A stretch of DNA of 64,000 bases from an uncultured Gemmatimonadales bacterium (lineage in GTDB: Bacteria > Gemmatimonadota > Gemmatimonadetes > Gemmatimonadales > Gemmatimonadaceae): positions 544,001 through 608,000 of the forward strand of contig OY969695.1 in the NCBI GenBank assembly GCA_963701965.1. The letters run 5' to 3'. The stretch's first letter is position 1, and every line of letters begins with the position of its first letter. Shown here one piece after another: positions 39,893-48,734 of the stretch. The translations under genes and the position numbers were made by a program. Under the pieces are notes generated by a model. The model ran no database searches. It had not been told where the DNA came from and saw only the letters and a list, made by a program, of their open reading frames with translations.

Positions 39893-41601
39893 TCACTTAC
39901 AGAAGGCTTTGGTCGCTTTCTGAACGAACGGATTCATCTGCTGCTGGAGAATCGTTAGCAGCTGCTTGGCCGGCTCCGGATACACCGGCAGGCCGGCGGG
40001 CAGGTTCGTTTGTGCTACCGTGAAGTAGTCCGAGGCCTGCTTGATCTGCGGGCAGCTCTTCTGCTTGCCCGCGTCCTGCGCGACGAGGTAGCCCGCGGTA
40101 AACGCCGAGGCGCCCATGAGGAACTTGGCCTGTGGCGTGGCATCGAGCGAATCCGAGTAGGACAGGAACCGGATGGCGAGATCGAGCGTGTCCTTGTTCT
40201 TGTTGTCGCCGTTCCCGCTCTTGTAGTACTTGTTGCCTTGACTGAGCGCAACTTTGGCGAGATCGGCGGGAGGGGCGCCCGCGCCGGCCGCGACGTGAAT
40301 GGCCGCCAGTGTGCTATCCGGCTGTCCGGACGTGGCGTACAGATTCACCAGAATCAGCGCGGCATCTCGATGATTTCGGGTTCTTGGCCATGATTGCCTG
40401 CAGCGCCGCTTTGGCCTCGGGGATCTTGCCCGCCTTCACGAGCTCCTGCGCCTGAAGCGTGGCCAACGACATGTTGTTGGGGAACTTCTGCACGCCCTTG
40501 GTTATCGTCTCGAGGGCCCTTTGCGCCTGGCTGTCCGACTCATACGCGAACGTCTGGCGCTGGAAGAAGAGCGTATCCGCAAACGCCGTGTCTTCCTTGG
40601 TGACTTCCTCACCGATCGGCAACGCCTGCTTGAAGTGCTTCGTCACGATGTCGAGGCGATACTGCAGCTCGAGGAGCTTGGGGTCACCCTGGTTCGCCTT
40701 GACGACCGTATCCATGATCGGCAGCGCCGCCTCGGCGCGGCCGCTCTGCACGATACGGGTGACGATATTCTCGACCTGATCGGAGTTCGACGGATCGGCG
40801 GCGATCAGTTCCGTCCACGTCTTCACGGCGTTGTCGAAGTCCTTCTTGTCATAGTATGCCTGGCCGGCGAGCTCCAACGAGCGCTTGTTGTGCGGGTCGA
40901 GGGCCAGGATCTCCTTCGTCGCCGACAGGATCGAATCCGGAGGGAGTTTCTGGGAGGCGTAGACGTTGGCGATGCAGAGGCGGGCCAGCGTCGACTGCGG
41001 ATACGCGACGATGGCTTGGCGCGCCGCGGCGATCGCATCCGGGTATTTCTGCTGGCCGGCATTCTGGTAGCACTTGGCTTCGCCAGGGACCTGCTTCAGC
41101 GCGGCTTCGACCGACTTGGAGACGAACTTGGCCGCGGCGCCGGGATCCTTGCCTTCCGCGGGCGGCAGCGGTTGGGCGAACACTTCGCCGCGGGCGAGGA
41201 CCAGTCTCGGATTGAGACGGACGCCGGTCGGAGTCTTGGTGGCAATGCCGTCGACGTAGAAGTCGGCGCGCAGTTGGCTGGACAGCTGCTTGGCATCCGA
41301 CGCGGTAATCGGCAGACACGGGTCGAAGCCCGAGGCCTTGAGCGTCTCCTCGATGTTGGTCTGCGAGAATGATCCAGAGCTTGCGCGAATCGAGGTCATC
41401 GTCGATGCGGCTCCGGACCTCCTGGGCGGCCTTGCAGCCGAGGGCCTTGTCGGGGGATGTGAACGCGGGGACGACGAGGAGTTTTTGGGCATCCGCGTCG
41501 TGCGGACGCGGCGCAGTTTGCGCGCCGACGACTCCGGCGCCCACCCCGACCGCGAACAATGCGAACGCGGCGCCAATGCCGAGGCGAGAACTTACCATCA
41601 C
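39893..41601 (-). CDS. Exported TPR-repeat protein (N-terminal alpha/beta domain plus TPRs); +1 frameshifts at ~41369 and ~40375
   Basis: Shine-Dalgarno GGAGGT at 41609-41614; signal peptide MVSSRLGIGAAFALFAVGVGAGVVGAQ; three consecutive frame segments with helical TPR-like repeats join into one protein. Confidence 0.75.
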
Positions 41602-41647
41602 GTGACCAACCTCCGAGATATGTACCTGCCGAAACATACGTTTACCA

Positions 41648-41721
41648 TGGGCGAAGAGGGACTCGAACCCCCGACATCCTGCGTGTAAGGCAGGCGCTCT
41701 AACCAACTGAGCTATTCGCCC
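41648..41721 (-). tRNA. tRNA-Val (anticodon TAC); CCA not encoded
   Basis: GGGCGAATAGCTCAGTTGGTTAGAGCGCCTGCCTTACACGCAGGATGTCGGGGGTTCGAGTCCCTCTTCGCCCA: acceptor, D, anticodon (CCTGC/GCAGG) and T arms all present. Confidence 0.97.
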
Positions 41722-41747
41722 TGGCGAGGAACAGAGGGGTGTCCGGG

Positions 41748-41927
41748 CTACTGAAAGATTGCGATCGGAACGAGCACGCAATAGCCGATCACGAGGAGAA
41801 TTGGAGCAATCGTCTCTCCTCCCCGCGCCAGATCGGCGAACCCCACGATGATCACGACGAGTGCGAGCGCCCACCAAAGGGCGCGACGACGCATCGGCGT
41901 CAGTGTATCGGTCGCGTTCGAGGCCAT
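41748..41927 (-). CDS. Small two-TM membrane protein (DUF3098-like)
   Basis: MASNATDT...LWWALALVVIIVGF...TIAPILLVIGYCVLVPIAIF; ATG lies 7 nt below a -10 box. Confidence 0.6.
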   Translation of the reverse strand: MASNATDTLTPMRRRALWWALALVVIIVGFADLARGGETIAPILLVIGYCVLVPIAIFQ

Positions 41928-41934
41928 TAACGAA

Positions 41935-41963
41935 AGACTAGATCGAGTAGAAAACAGTGTCAA
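41935..41963 (-). promoter_or_regulatory. Sigma70-type promoter TTGACA-N17-TAGTCT
   Basis: Perfect -35 (41958-41963), 17-nt spacer, -10 at 41935-41940, then 7 nt to ATG 41927. Confidence 0.75.
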
Positions 41964-41966
41964 GAA

Positions 41967-43016
41967 CTATAGAGATCGTGGAGGCACTGGCGGGATCGTC
42001 GCCAACAGTGCGTCGATGGCCGCCTGGCGCGCTTGAGACTCGCTGGCTTCCTCCGCCGCGCGCAACGCGGCCAGACGTTCCCGGTCGCGGCGCCGCCGGG
42101 CGATGTACAAGGGCGTCAGCAGTATCAACATCAACAGGGTGACGGCGCTGAGATCGGTCACGAGCGCCAGGGCGCCGTAGCGATGGCGGATGCGCGTGCG
42201 CCAATCCCGCTCGAATGTTTCCAAGGGCTCGCCATAGGCGCGGCGCATGGCCCGGTCGAGCGAGCCGGTCGTGCGCCAGTCGGCGAGAAAAAACGCGAGA
42301 CCGTGGGCGGGGTCGGCCGCCGCGAGATCGGCGACCGCGCGATAGGCGAGCGCATAGCTGGCGTCCGCTTCCATCGCCGTGCCGGTCAGGCCGCTGTCGA
42401 CCGCGGCCAGGGACGGGGTGCCGCGCAGTGCCAGCGCGACGTTCGCCGCCAGCGCGTCGTCCCGTCCCAATTCGCCGGACGCATACGAGGCGTAGCCTTC
42501 ATCGAACCACCGCGGCACGGTCGCCGCGGTGTTCTCGCCGAAAAACTCGTGCAGCGCGAGATGCGCCAGCTCATGGCGCAGGGTGATCGACGGACTCCCC
42601 GCGGTCGACGGCGCCGACCGTCCCTGCAACACGATGCGATGCGTCTCCGGGAATGCCAGCGCCGCGCCCCACTCCGGCGCCGCCGGTCCCGCCCACTCGC
42701 GAAAACGCGCGCGATCGGGCGCGATCGCGATCACCACGTGCTCGCGCGGGAGCGGCAAGCCGGGAAAACTGTCGCGCCGCGCGGCCTCGGCGATGAGACG
42801 GTGCGCGAGGATGGTGTCGGCGCCGTAAGCGATCGCGGTGAAACGGCCCGCGTCGACGCGCACGGCGCGTCCGTCCTCCGCGGGCGCCGGAGCGACCGGG
42901 ACGGGTTGTTGCGCGGGCGATGGACTTTGTGAAGCGAGACCGAGCGCTACGACGCGTGCGGAGGCTCGCCACCGGCGGCGACCGCTTCCAGCACCTCCGC
43001 GCAACGCTTGCCCCAT
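41967..43016 (-). CDS. Membrane-anchored zinc metallopeptidase (peptidase MA/gluzincin-like); start uncertain
   Basis: HELAH (HExxH) followed by WFDEG; C-terminal TM then RRRR. The nearest in-frame ATG is at 43016. Confidence 0.75.
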   Translation of the reverse strand: MGQALRGGAGSGRRRWRASARVVALGLASQSPSPAQQPVPVAPAPAEDGRAVRVDAGRFTAIAYGADTILAHRLIAEAARRDSFPGLPLPREHVVIAIAPDRARFREWAGPAAPEWGAALAFPETHRIVLQGRSAPSTAGSPSITLRHELAHLALHEFFGENTAATVPRWFDEGYASYASGELGRDDALAANVALALRGTPSLAAVDSGLTGTAMEADASYALAYRAVADLAAADPAHGLAFFLADWRTTGSLDRAMRRAYGEPLETFERDWRTRIRHRYGALALVTDLSAVTLLMLILLTPLYIARRRRDRERLAALRAAEEASESQARQAAIDALLATIPPVPPRSL

Positions 43017-43814
43017 GGATTGAACTTGTTCGCCGCGTGTCCGGCGCGCCACGCCTCGATCGCGCCGTCCGTCGCGCCCCCAAACCACCGCGCCCGGCCG
43101 AGCTCGTAGTAGGCTTCGATGAGGTTGGGCCCGAGCACCAGGGTCTTCTCGAAGAACGTCTGCGCATCTTCGTACATTCTCGCGCTCGAGATACACGAGG
43201 CCGAGATAAAAATGCGCGTAGAGCGTGGCCTTCTTGTCGTTGTCGAGCCGGATGGCCTTGGAGAGATGCTCGATGGCCTCGCCGAAGATGCGCTTCTTGA
43301 GGCAGATGTACCCGACGTTGATCCGGGCCAGCGCGTTGGACGGCTGCCGCATTAACACGCGCTGAAAGTTGAGCAGCGCGTCGTCGTATTTTTCCTGCAG
43401 CATCTGCGCCCAGCCCAACAACGATTCGGATTGCGGATCGTTGGGGGAGAGCTCCAGCGCTTTGGTCAGCGCCGCTTCCGCGCCCTCGTAGTCGCCGAGG
43501 GAGATGCGACTCCATCCCTTCTCGATGAAGGTGGAGGCCCCGATGTGATCGGCGTGCACCTGCGGCCGCTCGCCCGTGAACTGCGGGGCCACCGACGGCG
43601 CCACCGCTTGCTGCGCCGCCTTCCACTTGTCCACCAGCCGCTTGATGTCGTCCTTGAGCGACGACAGCTCGGCCACCCGCTGCTCGACATGCTTGTAGAG
43701 CGCGATGATCTCGCCCTTGAGCTGCTCCCGCGCTCCGTTCTGGGCTTCCGGCCCGTCGAGACGGGCATCGATCGCCGCGTAGCGCGACCTAAGTTCGGCG
43801 ACGTCGTCGGGCAT
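42947..43814 (-). CDS. Coiled-coil plus TPR protein; +1 frameshift at ~43177
   Basis: N-terminal coiled coil and TPRs (AEAALTKALELSP...). Removing one base from CATTC (43175-43179) gives EREMYEDAQTFFEK and ends at TAG 42947. Confidence 0.85.
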
Positions 43815-43818
43815 ACGC

Positions 43819-44283
43819 CTACGCGGCGGCGTCGGCCAGCGTGAGCCGCTCGGTGGCGGTCAGCAGTTTGGTGACGTCGAGCAGCATGACCAACTTCTGG
43901 TCCCGCCGCACGATGCCTTTGAGGTACTCGCCCGCCAATCCGCGAAAGAGCGCCGGCGGCGGTTGGATCGCCGCGGCGTCCACGCCGCTGACGTCGAGCA
44001 CGGCGTCGACCACGCCGGCCACCCATTGGTCGCCCGCATTGAACACCAACACGCGCGTCTCGCTGGTGGCGTCCTGCGGCTCCATGTCGAAGCGCGTCCG
44101 CATGTCGATGACCGGCACCACGCGCTTCTGATACTCGATCACGCCCACGATCCACTCCGGCACGTTCGGCACCGTCGTCGCATCCTGGCGGCGCAGCACC
44201 CGCTCCACGCCGTGGATGTCGGCCGCGAAGAAGTCGCCCCCCAGCCGGAACGTGACGATCTGCACCAGCGTCGCCGTGCTCAT
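43819..44283 (-). CDS. cheW: Chemotaxis coupling protein CheW
   Basis: QIVTFRLG, VPNVPEWIVGVI, VPVIDMR, VVDAV, LLDVTKLL; start ATG 44283. Confidence 0.9.
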   Translation of the reverse strand: MSTATLVQIVTFRLGGDFFAADIHGVERVLRRQDATTVPNVPEWIVGVIEYQKRVVPVIDMRTRFDMEPQDATSETRVLVFNAGDQWVAGVVDAVLDVSGVDAAAIQPPPALFRGLAGEYLKGIVRRDQKLVMLLDVTKLLTATERLTLADAAA

Positions 44284-44768
44284 GCGCTCTCCCCGGCCCG
44301 GTCCGCTGTGCACGCCGCGACCAGCGCCTCGATGTCGACGACCGCCAGCAGATGCCCGCGCGACGCGATGCCCAACACCATGCCCTGACCAGGCGTCGGT
44401 GTCAGCGTCTCGAAGTCGAACGCCTGCACGCCCTCCGCCTCATCGACGGCCAGCCCGATCCGCCGCCCGTCGCGCGTGCGCGCGACGATGACCTTGCGTT
44501 GCTCGCGGAGCCGCACGCCGAGCGCGGGGCCAGGGGTATGCACCGGCATGAGCGCTCCACGCAGCTCCGATACGCCGAGCATCGTCCCGGGACTCTGGGG
44601 GAGCGCGGTAACCGGCGGGACGTCGATGACCTCTTCGACGGCGGCCAGACCGACCGCAAAGCGCTCGCCGCCGGCGCGGAAGATGAGCAGGTCGACCACA
44701 CCCGAGCGACGGCGCACGGCTTCCCGCACGCCGTTCGCGTCGGCCAGGAGAAACGCCGCCGCGGTCAT
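44280..44768 (-). CDS. cheW: CheW-like protein (divergent)
   Basis: LIFRAGGERFAV, VEEVI, LPQSP..LGVSELRG, GLAVDE; start ATG 44768 overlaps the cheB stop. Confidence 0.82.
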   Translation of the reverse strand: MTAAAFLLADANGVREAVRRRSGVVDLLIFRAGGERFAVGLAAVEEVIDVPPVTALPQSPGTMLGVSELRGALMPVHTPGPALGVRLREQRKVIVARTRDGRRIGLAVDEAEGVQAFDFETLTPTPGQGMVLGIASRGHLLAVVDIEALVAACTADRAGESA

Positions 44769-45838
44769 CCCGCCCGCCCCGCCCCGGCCATCCGGTGCGC
44801 CAACAGGTCGACGACCGCCTGCGCCACATCCGTGAGGGCACTGACGCGGTCCGCACCCGCGGTCGCCAAGGCCGCCTGGGGCATGCCGTAGATCGTCGAG
44901 GTCATCTGATCTTGGACGACGGCCTGCCCCCCGGCGTCTCGGATCGTCCGCAGCCCCTCGGCCCCGTCCCGGCCCATCCCCGTCAAAACGACCCCTACGA
45001 CCGCCGAGCCGAAGATCTGGGCGGCCGACCGGAACAGCGGGTCGGCGGCCGGCCGGACCCCCCAGATCGGGGCGGCCGTATCCAACGTCAGTGTCGGGAG
45101 CCCGTGGCGGACCGCGACCCGCATATGATGCCCCCCGCGCGCCAGATAGACGCGGTTGTGCACGAGCCGGTCGCCGTCGCTGGCCTCCACCACGCGCAGC
45201 GCGCTCATGGCGTCCAACCGCGCCGCCAGACTGGCCGTGAACCCCCCCGGCATGTGCTGGACGACCAACACCGCGGCATCGAGCGTCGGCGGCAGGTTGG
45301 GGATGACCTCGGCCAGCGCCCGCGGTCCCCCGGTCGACGCGGCGATGGCCACGACGCGGGTCGCGCCACCGGTGCGCTCCTGCACGCGCACGGAGCCGGT
45401 GGACCGCCGCGGACGGGCCAGGACGTCGACGCCGGCGAGGTTCACGCACGCCGCGGCGCGCAACGCCTCCAGCAACCGGTCGCGCACCGAGGGCAGGTCG
45501 AGGCTCACCGGTCCCGATGGCTTGCGCACGAAGTCCACGGCGCCCAGCTCCAGCGCGCGCAGCGTCAACTCCCGCCCATCGTCTGTGCCGGCGGCGCTCA
45601 GCATCACCACGGGCCGCGGCGTCTCCGACATGATGTACCCGAGCGTCTGAATCCCATCCAGCTCGGGCATTTCGATGTCCAACGTGACGATGTCGGGCTC
45701 CAGCGTATGGATCTGCTTCAAGGCGTCGAAGCCGTTGCGCGCCGTCCCGATGACCCGAAACTCCCGCGAGGCGGAGATCAGCTCACCGATGACTTTTCGC
45801 ATGAAGGCACTATCGTCGACGACCAGGACGGTCTTCAC
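44765..45838 (-). CDS. cheB: Chemotaxis response regulator protein-glutamate methylesterase
   Basis: Receiver (VVDDS, LDIEMP, KP) plus catalytic ASTGGP, QHMP and GMGRDG. Confidence 0.96.
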   Translation of the reverse strand: MKTVLVVDDSAFMRKVIGELISASREFRVIGTARNGFDALKQIHTLEPDIVTLDIEMPELDGIQTLGYIMSETPRPVVMLSAAGTDDGRELTLRALELGAVDFVRKPSGPVSLDLPSVRDRLLEALRAAACVNLAGVDVLARPRRSTGSVRVQERTGGATRVVAIAASTGGPRALAEVIPNLPPTLDAAVLVVQHMPGGFTASLAARLDAMSALRVVEASDGDRLVHNRVYLARGGHHMRVAVRHGLPTLTLDTAAPIWGVRPAADPLFRSAAQIFGSAVVGVVLTGMGRDGAEGLRTIRDAGGQAVVQDQMTSTIYGMPQAALATAGADRVSALTDVAQAVVDLLAHRMAGAGRAG

Positions 45839-46317
45839 AGAATCTTTTCTGGCGACGACAGCGATTTGACCACCACCCGCCCATTGCGGATGTGCAAGTA
45901 CACGCTGCGCCCGTACGATCCGCCGGTGTCCTGGGCCACGAGCGAGATCTGCGCCATCCCCAGCGCCCGCCGGCTCGCCTCGACGTTGCGGTCACCCATA
46001 TTCACGCCGCCAGCGGGCAGGAGCGACGTGAACATGCTGGCGCCACCCACGAGCTTGGCCTGAAACGGCCCGCGCGCGCCCAGCTTGCGCATCTCCTCCA
46101 GCAGCAGGGGCACGGCGCTGGCGGGGAACTTGGCGCGGTTGTGCGTGTCGCGCGACATCCCTTCCGTCGGCAACAAGATGTGGGCGAGGCCGCCCACCTG
46201 CGCGACCATGTCGTAGACGGTGATGGCGACGCACGAGCCGAGGCCGATCGTGGCAATGATCGCATCGCCACGGGCCACGGCGTAGTCCGCCACTTTGACG
46301 CGAATGGTATCGATCAC
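45835..46317 (-). CDS. cheD: Chemoreceptor glutamine deamidase CheD
   Basis: TIGLGSCVA, GGLAHILLP, AKLVGGASMF, GDRN, DTGGSYGR; start GTG 46317. Confidence 0.93.
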   Translation of the reverse strand: MIDTIRVKVADYAVARGDAIIATIGLGSCVAITVYDMVAQVGGLAHILLPTEGMSRDTHNRAKFPASAVPLLLEEMRKLGARGPFQAKLVGGASMFTSLLPAGGVNMGDRNVEASRRALGMAQISLVAQDTGGSYGRSVYLHIRNGRVVVKSLSSPEKIL

Positions 46318-47120
46318 CGGCGGCGGAAGATGCGCTCGCGTGCGTCGACCGGCTCGAACAACGAGCGCGTGGCACCGAGCAGAGTTTCGACTTTGCCCAG
46401 CACCAAAAAGCCGCCGGGCACCAAGGCTTCGTGAAATCGGACGAACAACTGCTCCTGCGTGGCACGATCGAAATAGATGATCACGTTCCGGCAGGTGATG
46501 AGGTTCAGGTTCGACGGCGCCGGCCCCTGGATCAGATCGCGCCGCTCGAATCGCACCATGGGACGGAGATCGGGGCGCACCGCGTGGGGAGCCGTGGCGC
46601 CAAAGTAGGCGGCCCGGAGGTCGGCCGGCGTGTCGGTGAACGCATCTTCGTCGAACGTGGCTTCCGCCGCCGCCAGGAGACTGGCCCGGTCGATGTCGGT
46701 CCCCAGGATCTCCACGCGCCCCAGCCGGTGGAGCTCGCGCTGGGTCTCGGCATGACGGTGGACCATGACGGCCAACGAATAGGGCTCCTCGCCGGACGAG
46801 CATCCGGCGCTCCACACGCGAAGCTGGGCCGGCGCCTCCTGCCAGATGACGGGAATGACCTGCGCCGACAGCGCGTCCCACATCTCCCAGTTGCGGAACA
46901 ACTTCGTGACGTTGATCGTGAGCGTATCGAGCAGTTTCTCGTACTCGCGCGCGTCCACGTCCAGGAGCCGCCCGTAGTCGGCATAGCTCACGAGTCCGCG
47001 CGCCCGGAGTCGCACGCCGATGCGGCGCCGCAAGCACTTTTCCTTGTAGTGCTGGCAGTGAAACGACCGTTCGGCGGCGATCTTGACCAAGAGGGCCTGG
47101 AACTCGGCGTCGTCGCTCAT
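46314..47120 (-). CDS. cheR: Chemotaxis protein-glutamate methyltransferase CheR
   Basis: YKEKCLRRR, TINVTKLFR, WSAGCSSGEEPYS, GTDID, CRNVIIYF; start ATG 47120. Confidence 0.95.
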   Translation of the reverse strand: MSDDAEFQALLVKIAAERSFHCQHYKEKCLRRRIGVRLRARGLVSYADYGRLLDVDAREYEKLLDTLTINVTKLFRNWEMWDALSAQVIPVIWQEAPAQLRVWSAGCSSGEEPYSLAVMVHRHAETQRELHRLGRVEILGTDIDRASLLAAAEATFDEDAFTDTPADLRAAYFGATAPHAVRPDLRPMVRFERRDLIQGPAPSNLNLITCRNVIIYFDRATQEQLFVRFHEALVPGGFLVLGKVETLLGATRSLFEPVDARERIFRRR

Positions 47121-48733
47121 CCGGCCCGCCGCACCGTTTCGAGATTCTTGCGAATGATCGCGTTCGCCGGCTCCAGCTCCAGAGCCCGCTCCCAGGACTT
47201 CACGGCTTCGGCCGTCTCCCGCCGCCGGTAGCGAATGTTGCCGATCTTGAAGAAGACATCGTCGCCCAGCGATGGATTGATGCGCGTCGCGCGCTGATAG
47301 GCGTCCAGGGCCTCGTCGTACTGGCCCGACCGATAAGCATAGTCGCCCGAATTCTTGTGCAACTGGGCCAGCGCCGGATCCTCGGCGGTGCCCCGCTCCA
47401 CGCTGGAGGCGGCGTCGGCCCACCCGCCCCGCCGCTCGTGCACGGCGGCGAGATTGTTGAACAGCGCCGCGGCGTGGGGATGGTGTCCGATTCCCTCCGC
47501 GAGCAAGTCCGCGGCGCGCGGCAAATCCCCGACCAACGCCGCGGCCAAACCCGCGTAGTGGAACCACGCCGCTGGCGGCGGCCGCTTGCCCCACAAGGGC
47601 CGGGTCGCCGACAGGACCGCATCGGCCTGGGCCACTTCGCCCGCGCGCAGCGCGAGCGCCCCGTACAATGTGCGCACCTGCGGCGTGTTCCCCGCGCCCC
47701 GCTTCACGGCCTCATCGAGTGCCTGACGCGCCTCCTCATAGGCACCCAGCCGTTCATAGGCATACGCGAGATTGTGAAAGACGGCGGCCCTGGCGCCAGG
47801 GGCGGCGGCCGCCTCCCGATACACGTCGGCGGCGGCCGGCCACTTGCCCTGCCGCATGAGGACCAGGCCCAGATAGAACGCGGCGCTGGCGTCGCTCGGT
47901 CGGAGCTCGGCCACCCGGCGGAACTCCCGCACGGCCTCCTCCAGCATCCCGGTCTTGTAGAACGCGATACCGAGATTGCGGTGTTCCTCCACCCGCGCTT
48001 CGGAGACCAGCGGCTCCGACTTGCTGGTCCCCACGCGATGCAGGAATCCGGCGGACGAGAGCGCGTACAGCGCTTTGCCGACGTCGAATTCCCCGAGTCC
48101 GCTGGCATCGACCAGGGTCGTCACGTCGCGCACGCCGTCGATGACGTCGAGGAGGATCTCCTGCTGCATGGTGAGCGACACGCCGCTCTGGCGAATGCGC
48201 TCCCGATCCACGTCGAAGACGAGATCGAAGCTGGGGATCTTCTTGCTGATCAGACTCCATTCATCGACGCGCCGCGCGCCTTCGAGGAGCAACGACTCGG
48301 GGTTGATCGAGACGATGAAATCCTGTTCCTCGGGGCGAATGTCCGCCTCGAAGTTGAACGTCCCCTGCGTCCACGTGAACAGGAAATAGACGGCGTCTTC
48401 GATCTGCGTGCGGACCTGCGCGTGGAGCTCGTCGCGCGAAACGAGCCCCTGGGCCACCAGGATGTCGCCGAGGCGCTTGTCCCGATACTCGGCCTGCGAA
48501 CCCACGGCTTCGTCGATCTGCTCGCGCGTGATGAGTCCCGCTTTGATGAGCAACTCGCCCAGACGGTCGCGCCGGTTCACGATCGACGCGAAGGCGATGC
48601 GCCCGCGCTCGAAGTAGATGTAGCCGAAGTTGTTGCGATGCGTGACGCTCAGGCACCCGGTCTTCTTGCCCATGGCCAGGAGCTGCAGGACGTCCGGGAG
48701 ACTGGCCTCTTTGAGGCTGCCTTTTATCGCCAT
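47117..48733 (-). CDS. DUF4388 (PatA_N-like) + tandem MshEN motif + TPR protein
   Basis: MAIKGSL..LPDVLQLL...KKTG, RLGELLIKAGLI...RLGDILVAQGLV, LLLEGARRVDE, multiple C-terminal TPRs. Confidence 0.85.
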   Translation of the reverse strand: MAIKGSLKEASLPDVLQLLAMGKKTGCLSVTHRNNFGYIYFERGRIAFASIVNRRDRLGELLIKAGLITREQIDEAVGSQAEYRDKRLGDILVAQGLVSRDELHAQVRTQIEDAVYFLFTWTQGTFNFEADIRPEEQDFIVSINPESLLLEGARRVDEWSLISKKIPSFDLVFDVDRERIRQSGVSLTMQQEILLDVIDGVRDVTTLVDASGLGEFDVGKALYALSSAGFLHRVGTSKSEPLVSEARVEEHRNLGIAFYKTGMLEEAVREFRRVAELRPSDASAAFYLGLVLMRQGKWPAAADVYREAAAAPGARAAVFHNLAYAYERLGAYEEARQALDEAVKRGAGNTPQVRTLYGALALRAGEVAQADAVLSATRPLWGKRPPPAAWFHYAGLAAALVGDLPRAADLLAEGIGHHPHAAALFNNLAAVHERRGGWADAASSVERGTAEDPALAQLHKNSGDYAYRSGQYDEALDAYQRATRINPSLGDDVFFKIGNIRYRRRETAEAVKSWERALELEPANAIIRKNLETVRRAG

Positions 48734-48734
48734 C

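Noticed and set aside
39893..41721. Genomic island integrated at tRNA-Val
   Set aside because: No integrase, no duplicated tRNA 3' end seen, and the downstream gene is tightly joined to rsmH. The compositional difference is explained by a Lys-rich protein.
41967..43814. Apparent 615-aa TPR-metallopeptidase fusion
   Set aside because: Artefact of the frameshift at ~43177. The TPR protein continues in another frame (MYEDAQTFFEK...) and stops at 42947.
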